From an uncultured Verrucomicrobiae bacterium (lineage in GTDB: Bacteria; Verrucomicrobiota; Verrucomicrobiia; Chthoniobacterales; Chthoniobacteraceae): a stretch of 64,000 nt of DNA. The notes below the pieces were generated by a model, which was not told where the DNA came from, did not search any database, and was given only the letters and a program-made list of their open reading frames with translations. The DNA lies in contig CAWIKF010000002.1 of the NCBI GenBank assembly GCA_963836755.1, positions 928,001-992,000 on the forward strand, given 5' to 3'. A program made the translations under genes and the position numbers. Below, piece after piece: positions 1-8,548 of this stretch (positions are counted from its first letter, which is position 1; every line of letters starts with the position of its first letter).

Positions 1-622
1 TTTCGCCGCTCGCGTTCCATTGGAAAGTTTCGGGATTGTCGAGCGCGAGCGCGACGTTTGCCCGGTTGCGAAACGATTGCGGCATGATCTTGCCGAAGCT
101 CATGCCGATGTCGGCATTATCCGCAATCCGATGCGGATCCGCGCCGGAACACTGCGCGTCAAAGTAGCGGCCGAGCCAGCCGGTCGTTTCGGGATTTCCG
201 TCAGAATCGCCGGCAGTTTGCCAGATTTCCATTGAGCGAAAATGCGACCGATTCGGGTTCGGATATCCGACGTTTTGGACGACCGCCAGTTTCCCGGCAT
301 CGAATTCCGCCTTCAGCGCCGCGAGCTCCGGATGCAGTGCGACATGGCTGTCGATCTTCAACGCCGCGTCGCCTTTGATCCCAATCGTCGGCCGCGCCTT
401 GTAATAAAGATCATCCGCGTAGGGAATCACTGTGTTTAAACCATCGTTGCCGCCGCTGAGCTGGATGACGACTAGGATTTTCGAGTCCGTTTCCGCACCC
501 GCGGCGATTGCGGTGCGCGTTAAAAACGACGGGACGTAGGCGCTCGCGGCGATGAGGCCGAGGCCCTTGATGCCGGTGGCGAGAAACTCGCGGCGGGTTT
601 GCAAAAGAGTGGAATTTTTCAT
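1..622 (-). CDS. DUF1501 family protein with Tat-type signal (3' end runs off the window)
   Basis: Translated by hand from ATG at 622: MKNSTLLQTRREFLATGIKGLGLIAASAYVPSFL...ILVVIQLSGGNDGLNTVIPY. Has RRxFL and the GGNDGLN motif; starts 3 nt after the DUF1800 stop. Not in the ORF track. Confidence 0.85.
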   Translation of the reverse strand, partial: MKNSTLLQTRREFLATGIKGLGLIAASAYVPSFLTRTAIAAGAETDSKILVVIQLSGGNDGLNTVIPYADDLYYKARPTIGIKGDAALKIDSHVALHPELAALKAEFDAGKLAVVQNVGYPNPNRSHFRSMEIWQTAGDSDGNPETTGWLGRYFDAQCSGADPHRIADNADIGMSFGKIMPQSFRNRANVALALDNPETFQWNASGE

Positions 623-625
623 GGA

Positions 626-2167
626 TCAGCAGAGTTGGTAATCGGGCGAGCTCATCATCAAATGGACGAGACCGCGCACGCGCTCGTCGAAATTACTGTC
701 GTTCAAACTGAAGGTGCGCCGGCCACCGGCTGCGTCGGTCTCAGCGAAGTCGAGCAGTTGATTGCGCAGCGCGGGCGCAACCTGGCGCGAGAGGAACTGC
801 TTTATATAATAGTCCACAATGTCCGCGGAAGTGGCCATCGTCCGGTCGGCGCCGAGCTCGCGGAGCTGCGCGCGCGGGTTCCACTCGATCGCGCGCGGAT
901 CGCGCTGGCCCTCGACGAATTCGCGGCGCTTCGCGGCGGAGCCGACTTTTTTCTGATTGAAAATTTTGAACTCATCCGGGCTCACGCCGTTGAGCAGGTA
1001 GTTCGCGAAATTGTAGCGGACGAGGAGCATGTTCGAGTTGATCCACGCGATGCCGCCGGGCCAGCCGTTCACGTCCGGCGGGAAGAATAAGTTTTGCCCC
1101 ATCTCGCGCAGCGCATCCGCGAGCACTTCCTTTTGCGGAACTTTTACGCGCATCGATTTTAGCGCGCCGATCGTAAGCACGATCGGGCTCTTCACGATCG
1201 CGTCAGTGGCGCGTTTCGAATAAAAAATCCGCGAGGAAAAAAGTGTCGTCAAAAAAAGCGACAGATCGTATTGGCAGCCGCGCAGCGTTCCTGCAGCGGC
1301 CTCGACGACTTCAGGCTCGGGCCGCTCGTAAACGAAGAATTCGAACAGCTTTCCGGCGATGAAACGCGCGCAAGCCGGCTGCTCGGTAATGATGCGCACG
1401 ATGTCGCCGCCATCCCAGTTTCCGCTCTGCCCGAGATAAGTTTTGACCGTGTCGTCATGCGCCCCGGTGTTTTTAACAAACGTCCAGTTTTCCCGATTCA
1501 CGCTCCAGCCGGTCAAGCCGCGAGCGGCGGCCTTCACGTCGCTTTCGGTGTAATTTCCGACGCCGAGCGAATGCAGCTCCATGATCTCTCTCGCGAAATT
1601 TTCATTCGGATGTCCGCGGCCTGAGCTGGCGTTGTCGAGATAAACGAGCATCGCCGGATCGCAGATCAGGGCGTTGAGCATGTCCGGGAACGGAACGAGC
1701 GCGTTGCGGCGGAACATTTGATTCTGCTGCCACATCGGGAAGGCGTGCTCGATTTTGTCGCTGAAGGAAGTGGCGAAATGGCCGTGCCAAAATAGCGTCA
1801 TCTTTTCCTCGAGCGGGCGCCCGGTCGTGAGCATGCGGTTCAGCCACCAAAAGCGAAGCTCGGCGATGCGGCTGTTTTCATCCTGCCGTCGCGCCTGCTC
1901 AGCCTTGTTGCGCGCTTCTTTCGACAAGCCGACGAGGCTTTTTTGAAAGGCGTGGTCATCCACTTCCTGCGGCTTCGCACAATCGGGCGGTGAATTTTCC
2001 TGCGACTGCGGGAATTTCACGAGCCAGTCAACCGCGCCGTTCAGGCCGCGCTTTGCAAGTGCCTCGACTTCCTCCCATGTGCCGCCAAAGCCGGCGCGCC
2101 AAAGCAGATGTGCGGCTTTGTTGACATTGAACTCAGCGCCGGGGAGCGGAGAAAATGGGAGCGCCAT
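626..2167 (-). CDS. DUF1800 family protein
   Basis: AAHLLWRAGFG, LEEKMTLFWHGHFA, PAMLVYLDN, PNENFARE and PPDVNGW motifs; ends SPDYQLC; paired with DUF1501. Confidence 0.9.
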   Translation of the reverse strand: MALPFSPLPGAEFNVNKAAHLLWRAGFGGTWEEVEALAKRGLNGAVDWLVKFPQSQENSPPDCAKPQEVDDHAFQKSLVGLSKEARNKAEQARRQDENSRIAELRFWWLNRMLTTGRPLEEKMTLFWHGHFATSFSDKIEHAFPMWQQNQMFRRNALVPFPDMLNALICDPAMLVYLDNASSGRGHPNENFAREIMELHSLGVGNYTESDVKAAARGLTGWSVNRENWTFVKNTGAHDDTVKTYLGQSGNWDGGDIVRIITEQPACARFIAGKLFEFFVYERPEPEVVEAAAGTLRGCQYDLSLFLTTLFSSRIFYSKRATDAIVKSPIVLTIGALKSMRVKVPQKEVLADALREMGQNLFFPPDVNGWPGGIAWINSNMLLVRYNFANYLLNGVSPDEFKIFNQKKVGSAAKRREFVEGQRDPRAIEWNPRAQLRELGADRTMATSADIVDYYIKQFLSRQVAPALRNQLLDFAETDAAGGRRTFSLNDSNFDERVRGLVHLMMSSPDYQLC

Positions 2168-2232
2168 TCGGGAGAAGCGACGTTACTCGCAAAGCGGCCG
2201 CGATGCAAAGGTGCGCCGCTGCAAAAAAGAGA

Positions 2233-2260
2233 TTGTCATTTCACGAGAACGCACTAACCT
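2233..2260 (+). promoter_or_regulatory. Putative sigma70 promoter of rpmI
   Basis: TTGTCA-N16-TAACCT, ending 9 nt before the rpmI ATG. Confidence 0.5.
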
Positions 2261-2269
2261 TCCCGCCCC

Positions 2270-2479
2270 ATGCCAAAAGCCATCGCACGTCGTAAGACGA
2301 AGAAAGCCGTCGCCAAGCGCTTCAAAGTGACTGGCACCGGCAAAATTTTGCGCGCGCATGCTTCGCGCCGGCATCTGATGTCGTCGAAGAACGCCAAGAA
2401 AAAGCGTCACCTCGCGAAAGCGGGCCTCGTCCATTCCACGGACATGGCGCGCATCAAAGACAACCTGCCGTTTGGTTAA
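2270..2479 (+). CDS. rpmI: 50S ribosomal protein L35
   Basis: KTKKAVAKRFKVTGTGKILR...RRHL motif; lies before rplT. Confidence 0.97.
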   Translation: MPKAIARRKTKKAVAKRFKVTGTGKILRAHASRRHLMSSKNAKKKRHLAKAGLVHSTDMARIKDNLPFG

Positions 2480-2599
2480 AGCGGCGCGATCCGTCCTCCT
2501 GCCCGCCACGCGCGGGCTCATCAGCGAGCGAGGTCGGGCGGATTGAAACTAAAGAACAGCCCGCTGAAAAAGGAGCGCGAATTTTTCGCGTAAAACAAT

Positions 2600-2977
2600 A
2601 TGCCAAGAGCCACTAACGCACCCGCGAGCCGCGAACGCCGCAAGCGGATGCTCGATAAAGCCAAGGGATTCCGCGGCCGCCGCAGCAAACTTTTCCGCTA
2701 CGCGAAAAACGCGATCATGAAAGCGGAATACTGGTCGTATCGCGACCGCAAAACCCGCAAGCGCAATTTTCGCCGGCTCTGGGTGCAGCGCATCAACGCC
2801 GCCGTGCGTGCGCATGGCATCACCTACAGCCGTTTCATGGAAGGTCTCGCCGCGACTGGGCTCGCGCTCGACCGGAAAATCCTCGCCGACATGGCGGTGA
2901 CCGACGAAGCGACTTTCAAGGGCATCATCGACCGGGTCGTGAAAGCGCTCGACGAAAAGTCGAAGCAGGCCGCGTAG
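2600..2977 (+). CDS. rplT: 50S ribosomal protein L20
   Basis: AKGFRGRRSK, YRDRKTRKRNFRRLWVQRINAA, LDRKILADMA. Confidence 0.98.
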   Translation: MPRATNAPASRERRKRMLDKAKGFRGRRSKLFRYAKNAIMKAEYWSYRDRKTRKRNFRRLWVQRINAAVRAHGITYSRFMEGLAATGLALDRKILADMAVTDEATFKGIIDRVVKALDEKSKQAA

Positions 2978-3052
2978 CTTTTCCGCGCTTCAAGCGGCTG
3001 CTGTTTCGCCGGCACATTCATTGTGCTTCGAGCGGCGCCTTTGCCCGTTTTC

Positions 3053-4069
3053 ATGGAACTGCAACTTGAGCAAATCCGCGCCGACGCGCTCGCCGCGATT
3101 GGCGCCGCGGCGGATGAAAGCGCACTCGAAGCCGCGCGAATCAAGTATCTGGGCCGCTCCGGCAGCGTTTCGCTGGCGAGTGAGGGAATGAAAACGCTGT
3201 CAAAAGACGACAAGCCGCGCATCGGCAAGTTGTTAAACGAAGTAAGACAGTCCGTGACCGCTGCGTTGGAGGAGCGCAAGATCGTGCTGGAATCGCAGCG
3301 CAATGTCGCCGCGCTTGCAGACGTTGACGTCACACTTCCCGGCACGCCGGTTCCGGTTGGCGCGCTGCATCCGCTCACGCAGTTGCAGGACCGCGCCATT
3401 CAAGTCTGCCGCCGCATGGGTTTCGTTCTCGCCGACGGGCCGGAAATCGAAACCGAGTTTCACTGCTTCGACGCGCTCAACACGCCGCCCGACCACCCTG
3501 CGCGCAACGAGCAGGACACTTTTTATTTGTCCGATGGCCGCCTGCTGCGCACGCACACTTCGACCGTGCAGATTCGCACGATGGAAGCGCAGCCGCCGCC
3601 GGTGCGTATCACCGCGCCTGGCGCGGCTTATCGCCGCGACGAGGTCGACGCCACGCACCTCGCGCAGTTCAACCAGATTGAGGCGCTTTACGTCGATGAA
3701 GGCGTCAGCGTCGCCGACCTCAAAGGCACGGTGGGATTTTTCTTTCGCGAATTGCTCGGGCAGGAAACGAAAGTGCGGTTCCGACCGCACTTTTTTCCAT
3801 TTACCGAGCCAAGCTTTGAGGTGGATTTAAAAGCGCCCGCGCTAGGCCGCGATAAATGGCTGGAGATGGGCGGCTGCGGGATGGTTGATCCGGCTGTTTT
3901 CGAAGCGGTAAACAACCGTCGCGGCGATCACGCCTACGACCCGGAGCGCGTGAGCGGTTTCGCATTCGGCTTCGGGCTCGACCGTCTCGCGATGATCCTT
4001 TCCGGCATCAATGACATCCGGCTATTTGCGGAAAATGACATCCGCTTCCTGGCGCAATTTCGCTCATGA
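3053..4069 (+). CDS. pheS: Phenylalanyl-tRNA synthetase alpha subunit
   Basis: FDALNTPPDHPAR, LLRTHTS, RFRPHFFPFTEPS, GFAFGFGLDRL; ATG at 3053 chosen as start. Confidence 0.97.
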   Translation: MELQLEQIRADALAAIGAAADESALEAARIKYLGRSGSVSLASEGMKTLSKDDKPRIGKLLNEVRQSVTAALEERKIVLESQRNVAALADVDVTLPGTPVPVGALHPLTQLQDRAIQVCRRMGFVLADGPEIETEFHCFDALNTPPDHPARNEQDTFYLSDGRLLRTHTSTVQIRTMEAQPPPVRITAPGAAYRRDEVDATHLAQFNQIEALYVDEGVSVADLKGTVGFFFRELLGQETKVRFRPHFFPFTEPSFEVDLKAPALGRDKWLEMGGCGMVDPAVFEAVNNRRGDHAYDPERVSGFAFGFGLDRLAMILSGINDIRLFAENDIRFLAQFRS

Positions 4070-6390
4070 AAATTTCGGTGAATTGGCTGCGCGAGTTTGT
4101 TGAGCTGCCGCCGGACACGGCCGGTTTGTGCGAATTACTGACGCTCGCCGGCGTCGAAGTCGAAGGCGTGCAGGCGCGCGGCGTCGATCTCGACAAAGTT
4201 GTCGTCGCGCAAATTTTCGAATCGGCTCCGCATCCGAATGCCGACCGGCTCAGCGTTTGCAAAGTCGGTGACGGCGGTAATGCGCCGCGTCAGGTCGTCT
4301 GTGGCGCAAAAAATTACAAGGTCGGCGACAAAGTTCCGCTCGCGCAGCCAGGCGCTGTGTTGCCGGGCGATTTTAAAATCAAAGTCGGCAAGCTGCGCGG
4401 CGTGGAAAGCGAAGGAATGCTCTGCAGCGCGAAAGAGCTCGGACTCGGCGAAGGGAGCGATGGACTTTTGATCCTGCCGCAAGATGCGCCGGTCGGTGCT
4501 TCGCTGGAGAAACTATTTCCTCCCGACACTATCTTGGATTTGGAAATTACGCCGAACCGCGCGGATTTGCTCAGCCACGCCGGCATCGCGCGCGAGGTCG
4601 CGGCGCTGACGCGAAAAAAATCAATGTTTGCTTTGCAGCCACCTCCACCTGCGCAGGCGAGCGGGGCGATTGAAATTTCCACGCCGGAAAAATGCGCGTT
4701 TTATTCCGCACGCAAAATCTCCGGCGTCAAAGTCGCACCGAGCCCGGCATGGCTGCGCGAAAAGCTGGAAGCTGTCGGCATCCGGTCGATCAACAACGTG
4801 GTCGACGTCACAAATTTCGCGATGCTGGAAATGGGCCAGCCGTTGCATGCATTCGATGCCGACAAGCTTGGCGTCAGCATCCGCGTGCGCGCGGCGCGCG
4901 ACGGCGAGCAGTTTCTCGCGCTCGATGGACGCACTTATAAATTGGGCGCGGATGATCTCGTGATCGCCGACGGTTCGCGCGTCGCCGCGATCGCCGGAGT
5001 GATGGGCGGCGAGGAAACGAGCGTCACGGAAAGCACGAAAAATCTTCTTTTGGAGAGCGCGCTTTTTCAGCCGGCGAGCGTTCGGAGGACTGCGCGAAAG
5101 CTACAATTAGCGAGCGACTCGAGCCATCGCTTCGAGCGGGGCGTCGATCCTGCGGGCGTCCTTCCCGCCTCGCAACGCGCGACAGATTTAATCCTCGAGT
5201 TGGCGGGCGGAGTTGCCGAAGCCACGGTGCAAACGGCGGGGACGCTGCCGGACGCGCGGCATAAAATCGAGTTTCGCGCCGAGCGCTGCGAAAAAGTTTT
5301 GGGCGTGAATGTGCCGCCTGAAGAAGTCAGCGAGATTCTTTCGGGATTTGGTTTGGAAAAATCGGGCGATTTTTGGGTCGCGCCATCCTTTCGCCAGGAT
5401 TTGACGCGCGAGATTGATTTGATCGAAGAGGTGAGTCGCGTGTTTGGAATCGAAAATATTCCGGCGCGCGAGACGAGCCGTTATTTCGCGCAATCGCAGA
5501 CGGATCTCGAGCATGACCGGCAGATGGAAATCCGCCGCGCGTTGGTCTCGCACGGATTTTATGAGGCGCGCACGCTTTCGCTGATGGATGAAAAAGGAGG
5601 CTACGCGTTCGACGCGGCGCTGCATGTGCGCAATCCGCTGACGGCGGACCAGACGATGCTGCGCCCAACTTTGATCCGCGGCGTGCTCGCAGCGCTCTCG
5701 AACAATGCGCGCGCCGGAATGAAGTCGCTGCGGATGTTTGAGATCGGCCGCACTTTTTGCGCGGGCGAGCGCGAGGAGCGGACGAAGCTGGCGCTCACGA
5801 TGACTGGTCCGATCTCGGAAAAATCGTGGCGCGCGGCGGCGGAGCGCAACGCCGATTTTTTTGATTTGAAAGGAATTCTTGAAAGTCTCGGCATCGACGG
5901 GATGAGTTTTGAGCCGATGGAAAATCCGGCGCTGGCGCTCGCGGCTTTTATTAAAATCGATGGTGAGACGGCCGGATGCGCGGGCCAGTTGTTGCCGGCG
6001 CGTGCACGCGAAATCGATTTGCAAAATCCGGTGGTGATCGCGGAGCTGGAATTGCCGACGGCAAAGCGCGTGGCGAAAAAATTCCGCGAGGTGGCAAAGT
6101 TCCCGGCGGTGACGCGCGACATCGCGATGCTCGCGCCGCGGGAGACGAGCCACGCACAGGTGATGAAGGTTTTGCACGATGTTAACGAGCCGTTGTTGGA
6201 CCACGCGCGGCTCTTCGATTTGTTCGTCGATGCGTCTGGCGAAAAAGTGGAGGCGCATCAAAAGTCACTGGCTTATTCGTTGACATATCGGTCAGCGGAG
6301 CGAACCTTGACGGCAGACGAAGTCAACGCGGCGCACGCCAGATTGAAGGAACGTTTGCGAGCGGCGCTGCATGTGAACTTTCGGGAATAG
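4066..6390 (+). CDS. pheT: Phenylalanyl-tRNA synthetase beta subunit
   Basis: MKISVNWLREFV, HPNADRL, SEGMLCS, ITPNRADLLS, RFERGVD; FDX-ACB C-terminus; ATGA overlap with pheS. Confidence 0.97.
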   Translation: MKISVNWLREFVELPPDTAGLCELLTLAGVEVEGVQARGVDLDKVVVAQIFESAPHPNADRLSVCKVGDGGNAPRQVVCGAKNYKVGDKVPLAQPGAVLPGDFKIKVGKLRGVESEGMLCSAKELGLGEGSDGLLILPQDAPVGASLEKLFPPDTILDLEITPNRADLLSHAGIAREVAALTRKKSMFALQPPPPAQASGAIEISTPEKCAFYSARKISGVKVAPSPAWLREKLEAVGIRSINNVVDVTNFAMLEMGQPLHAFDADKLGVSIRVRAARDGEQFLALDGRTYKLGADDLVIADGSRVAAIAGVMGGEETSVTESTKNLLLESALFQPASVRRTARKLQLASDSSHRFERGVDPAGVLPASQRATDLILELAGGVAEATVQTAGTLPDARHKIEFRAERCEKVLGVNVPPEEVSEILSGFGLEKSGDFWVAPSFRQDLTREIDLIEEVSRVFGIENIPARETSRYFAQSQTDLEHDRQMEIRRALVSHGFYEARTLSLMDEKGGYAFDAALHVRNPLTADQTMLRPTLIRGVLAALSNNARAGMKSLRMFEIGRTFCAGEREERTKLALTMTGPISEKSWRAAAERNADFFDLKGILESLGIDGMSFEPMENPALALAAFIKIDGETAGCAGQLLPARAREIDLQNPVVIAELELPTAKRVAKKFREVAKFPAVTRDIAMLAPRETSHAQVMKVLHDVNEPLLDHARLFDLFVDASGEKVEAHQKSLAYSLTYRSAERTLTADEVNAAHARLKERLRAALHVNFRE

Positions 6391-6409
6391 TTCTTTGCCA
6401 CATTTTCAA

Positions 6410-6588
6410 AATTTGCCCTGCGTTGTTCGTTTTTCGGTAGAGAACCCGATCCGATATGAATGCTAAAGGAGGCTGGGGTGCGTGGTGCCAATGACATGCC
6501 TTCGTTGGAAGTCAGCGGCCTGCGTCCGGTCGTCCGCCTGTTTCCAGAAGGGAACGGGAATCTGCCCAACGGCAAAGGCGGGGTAATT
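6410..6588 (+). ncRNA. ssrS: 6S RNA
   Basis: About 180 nt rod-like fold worked out by hand. aatttgccctgc..cgtt pairs with aacgg..gcggggtaatt; ggtaga..cccg pairs with cggg..tctgcc; central bubble (gatatgaatgctaaa); inner stem ggaggctgg/ccggtcgtcc. Sits downstream of pheT. Confidence 0.8.
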
Positions 6589-6643
6589 AAAGGCGTCTTG
6601 GAATAGCGATCGCTGAGATCTGACCGAGGCGCCTTTTCCTTTT
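6589..6643. terminator. Hairpin between the convergent 6S RNA and yebC, probable terminator
   Basis: aaaggcgtcttgg ... ccgaggcgccttt, followed by a T-rich tail. Confidence 0.6.
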
Positions 6644-6648
6644 CCGCC

Positions 6649-7380
6649 TCAAGCCAGGGCCGCCCAGACCCGATGAACGTCTTCGTGATCCTCGAGCGTT
6701 TGTAAAAACTCGCCCGCTTCCGTGCGATCCGCATCACTCAGCTCGACCAGATTTTTCGGAACGTAACCCAGTTCGCTCGTCACCACCGTCCACCCGTTTT
6801 GCCCGAGCCATTGTGAGACTGCGTGCAAATCAGTCCGCTCCGTGATGAATCGCGCGCCGGCAGCCGCGGACGGAATGTCCTCATTTTCCGCGTGCGCAAG
6901 CGGCTCTACATTTTGGGCGCCTGCCTCAATCGCGGCGGCTTCGATGTCAGCGCCGGCATCGGGATGATGCGCCTCCACGAGCCCGACGTGGTCGAAGAGA
7001 AACTTGTTGCTGCCCGGCGCGCCGAGCTGTCCTTTTTTAAAAAGCACGCGGATTTCCGGCGCCGTGCGGTTGTTGTTATCGGTGAGCACCTCCACGATCA
7101 CCGGCACTTTGTGCGGCGCGTAACCTTCAAAAACCACGTGCTCCATCACCAGTTTTTCGCCGCCGATGCCCGCCCCTTTTTTGATCGCGCGCTCGATCAC
7201 ATCGCGGCTCACACTCGCGCGGCGCCCTTTTTCAATTGCGGCAAAAAGGCGCGCATTGCCCGCGGGATCAGCGCCGCCGAGCTTTGCGGCGACCATGATT
7301 TCCTTCACTAGCTTGCCGACGACCTGGCCTTTTTTTAAGCCGGCGACTTCGCGTTTTGCCTGGAGCCATTGACGTCCCAT
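6649..7380 (-). CDS. yebC: YebC/PmpR (TACO1) family protein
   Basis: KEIMVAAKLGGADPAGNARL, IERAIKKG, EGYAP, VEVLTDNNNRT, LEDHEDVHRVW. Confidence 0.92.
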   Translation of the reverse strand: MGRQWLQAKREVAGLKKGQVVGKLVKEIMVAAKLGGADPAGNARLFAAIEKGRRASVSRDVIERAIKKGAGIGGEKLVMEHVVFEGYAPHKVPVIVEVLTDNNNRTAPEIRVLFKKGQLGAPGSNKFLFDHVGLVEAHHPDAGADIEAAAIEAGAQNVEPLAHAENEDIPSAAAGARFITERTDLHAVSQWLGQNGWTVVTSELGYVPKNLVELSDADRTEAGEFLQTLEDHEDVHRVWAALA

Positions 7381-7512
7381 AAGTTTCAAAATCAGGAAAG
7401 CAGGAACGCGGGAAAAATGGAAACAGAGCTTTCAGTTTGCGCATGGCATTCCGATATCCGGGCTTTGCGCGCAGCGTTGCACGTGGCGCGCGAAGTCCGT
7501 TAGCCTGTGCGG

Positions 7513-8463
7513 ATGAAAGTTTTGGTCACTGGCGGCGCGGGTTTCATCGGCTCGCACTTTGTGGAATATCTTTTAAAGGACGGCCATCAGGTGGCGGTGG
7601 TCGATGAGTTCAACGATTTCTACGATCCGGAGATCAAGCGCGCGAATCTTGCGGCGGTGCGCGGGCAAATCGAGCTTCACGAGGCGGATATCCGCGACGC
7701 CGACAAAGTTTTAAACATCATGAAAAACGGCGACTTCGACAGCATCGTCCATCTCGCGGCGCGCGCGGGCGTGCGGCCGTCGATCAAGGAGCCGCGGCTT
7801 TACATCGAGACGAACATCATCGGCACCTACAACCTGCTCGAAGCCGCGCGGCAAGCGGGCATTGGCCGCTTCATCTGCGCGTCGAGCTCATCCGTTTACG
7901 GCGTTTTAACAACCGTGCCGTTCCGGGAAGACATGGCGCTGACCGCGACGATCTCGCCCTACGCCGCGACGAAGCTGGCCGCCGAGCAGATTTGCTCCAA
8001 TTTTTCGCACCTCTACGGCATGCGCACCATCAATCTGCGGTTCTTCACGGTCTATGGTCCGCGGCAGCGGCCCGACCTCGCGATCCACAAATTCACGAAG
8101 TTCATCCACGAGGGCAAAGCCATCGATCAATACGGCGACGGCTCCACGCGGCGAGACTACACTTACGTCGACGACATCGTGCAGGGGATGGCGGCGTGCC
8201 TCACTTACGAGGGCGAGTTGTGCGATGTTTTTAATCTTGGCGAAAGCCAGACAACGACGCTCTCGGAGCTGATCTCGCACATCGAAACCGCCCTCGGCAA
8301 AAAAGCGATAGTCAACCGGATGCCGGATCAGCCGGGCGACGTGCCGCTGACCTACGCCGACATCTCAAAATCGAAAAAACTTCTCGGCTACGCACCCTCC
8401 ACGAAGATCAAGGACGGCATCCCAAAGTTCGTGGAGTGGTATTTGGACAGCGCGAAAAAGTAG
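7513..8463 (+). CDS. NAD-dependent nucleotide-sugar epimerase (UDP-glucuronate 4-epimerase-like)
   Basis: GGAGFIG, HLAARAGVR, SSSSVYG, YAATK, RFFTVYGPRQRPD, QPGDV. Confidence 0.9.
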   Translation: MKVLVTGGAGFIGSHFVEYLLKDGHQVAVVDEFNDFYDPEIKRANLAAVRGQIELHEADIRDADKVLNIMKNGDFDSIVHLAARAGVRPSIKEPRLYIETNIIGTYNLLEAARQAGIGRFICASSSSVYGVLTTVPFREDMALTATISPYAATKLAAEQICSNFSHLYGMRTINLRFFTVYGPRQRPDLAIHKFTKFIHEGKAIDQYGDGSTRRDYTYVDDIVQGMAACLTYEGELCDVFNLGESQTTTLSELISHIETALGKKAIVNRMPDQPGDVPLTYADISKSKKLLGYAPSTKIKDGIPKFVEWYLDSAKK

Positions 8464-8485
8464 CTGGGAAACAGCCCGAAAATAC

Positions 8486-8502
8486 ATGCAATACACTTGC
8501 AT
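8486..8502. promoter_or_regulatory. Palindromic operator box 1 (Fur/Zur-family-like)
   Basis: Perfect ATGCAA-tacac-TTGCAT, flanked by aaatac/gtattt. Confidence 0.6.
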
Positions 8503-8527
8503 TTAGTATTTGACGCATCGGGATGCT

Positions 8528-8548
8528 TAACGCATGTCACTTGCGTTA
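8528..8548. promoter_or_regulatory. Palindromic operator box 2, touching the receptor start codon
   Basis: TAACGCA-tgtcact-TGCGTTA; same geometry as box 1. Confidence 0.5.

Noticed and set aside
6273..6737. 154-aa minus-strand ORF across the pheT-yebC gap
   Set aside because: Overlaps both genes and the 6S RNA; no motifs
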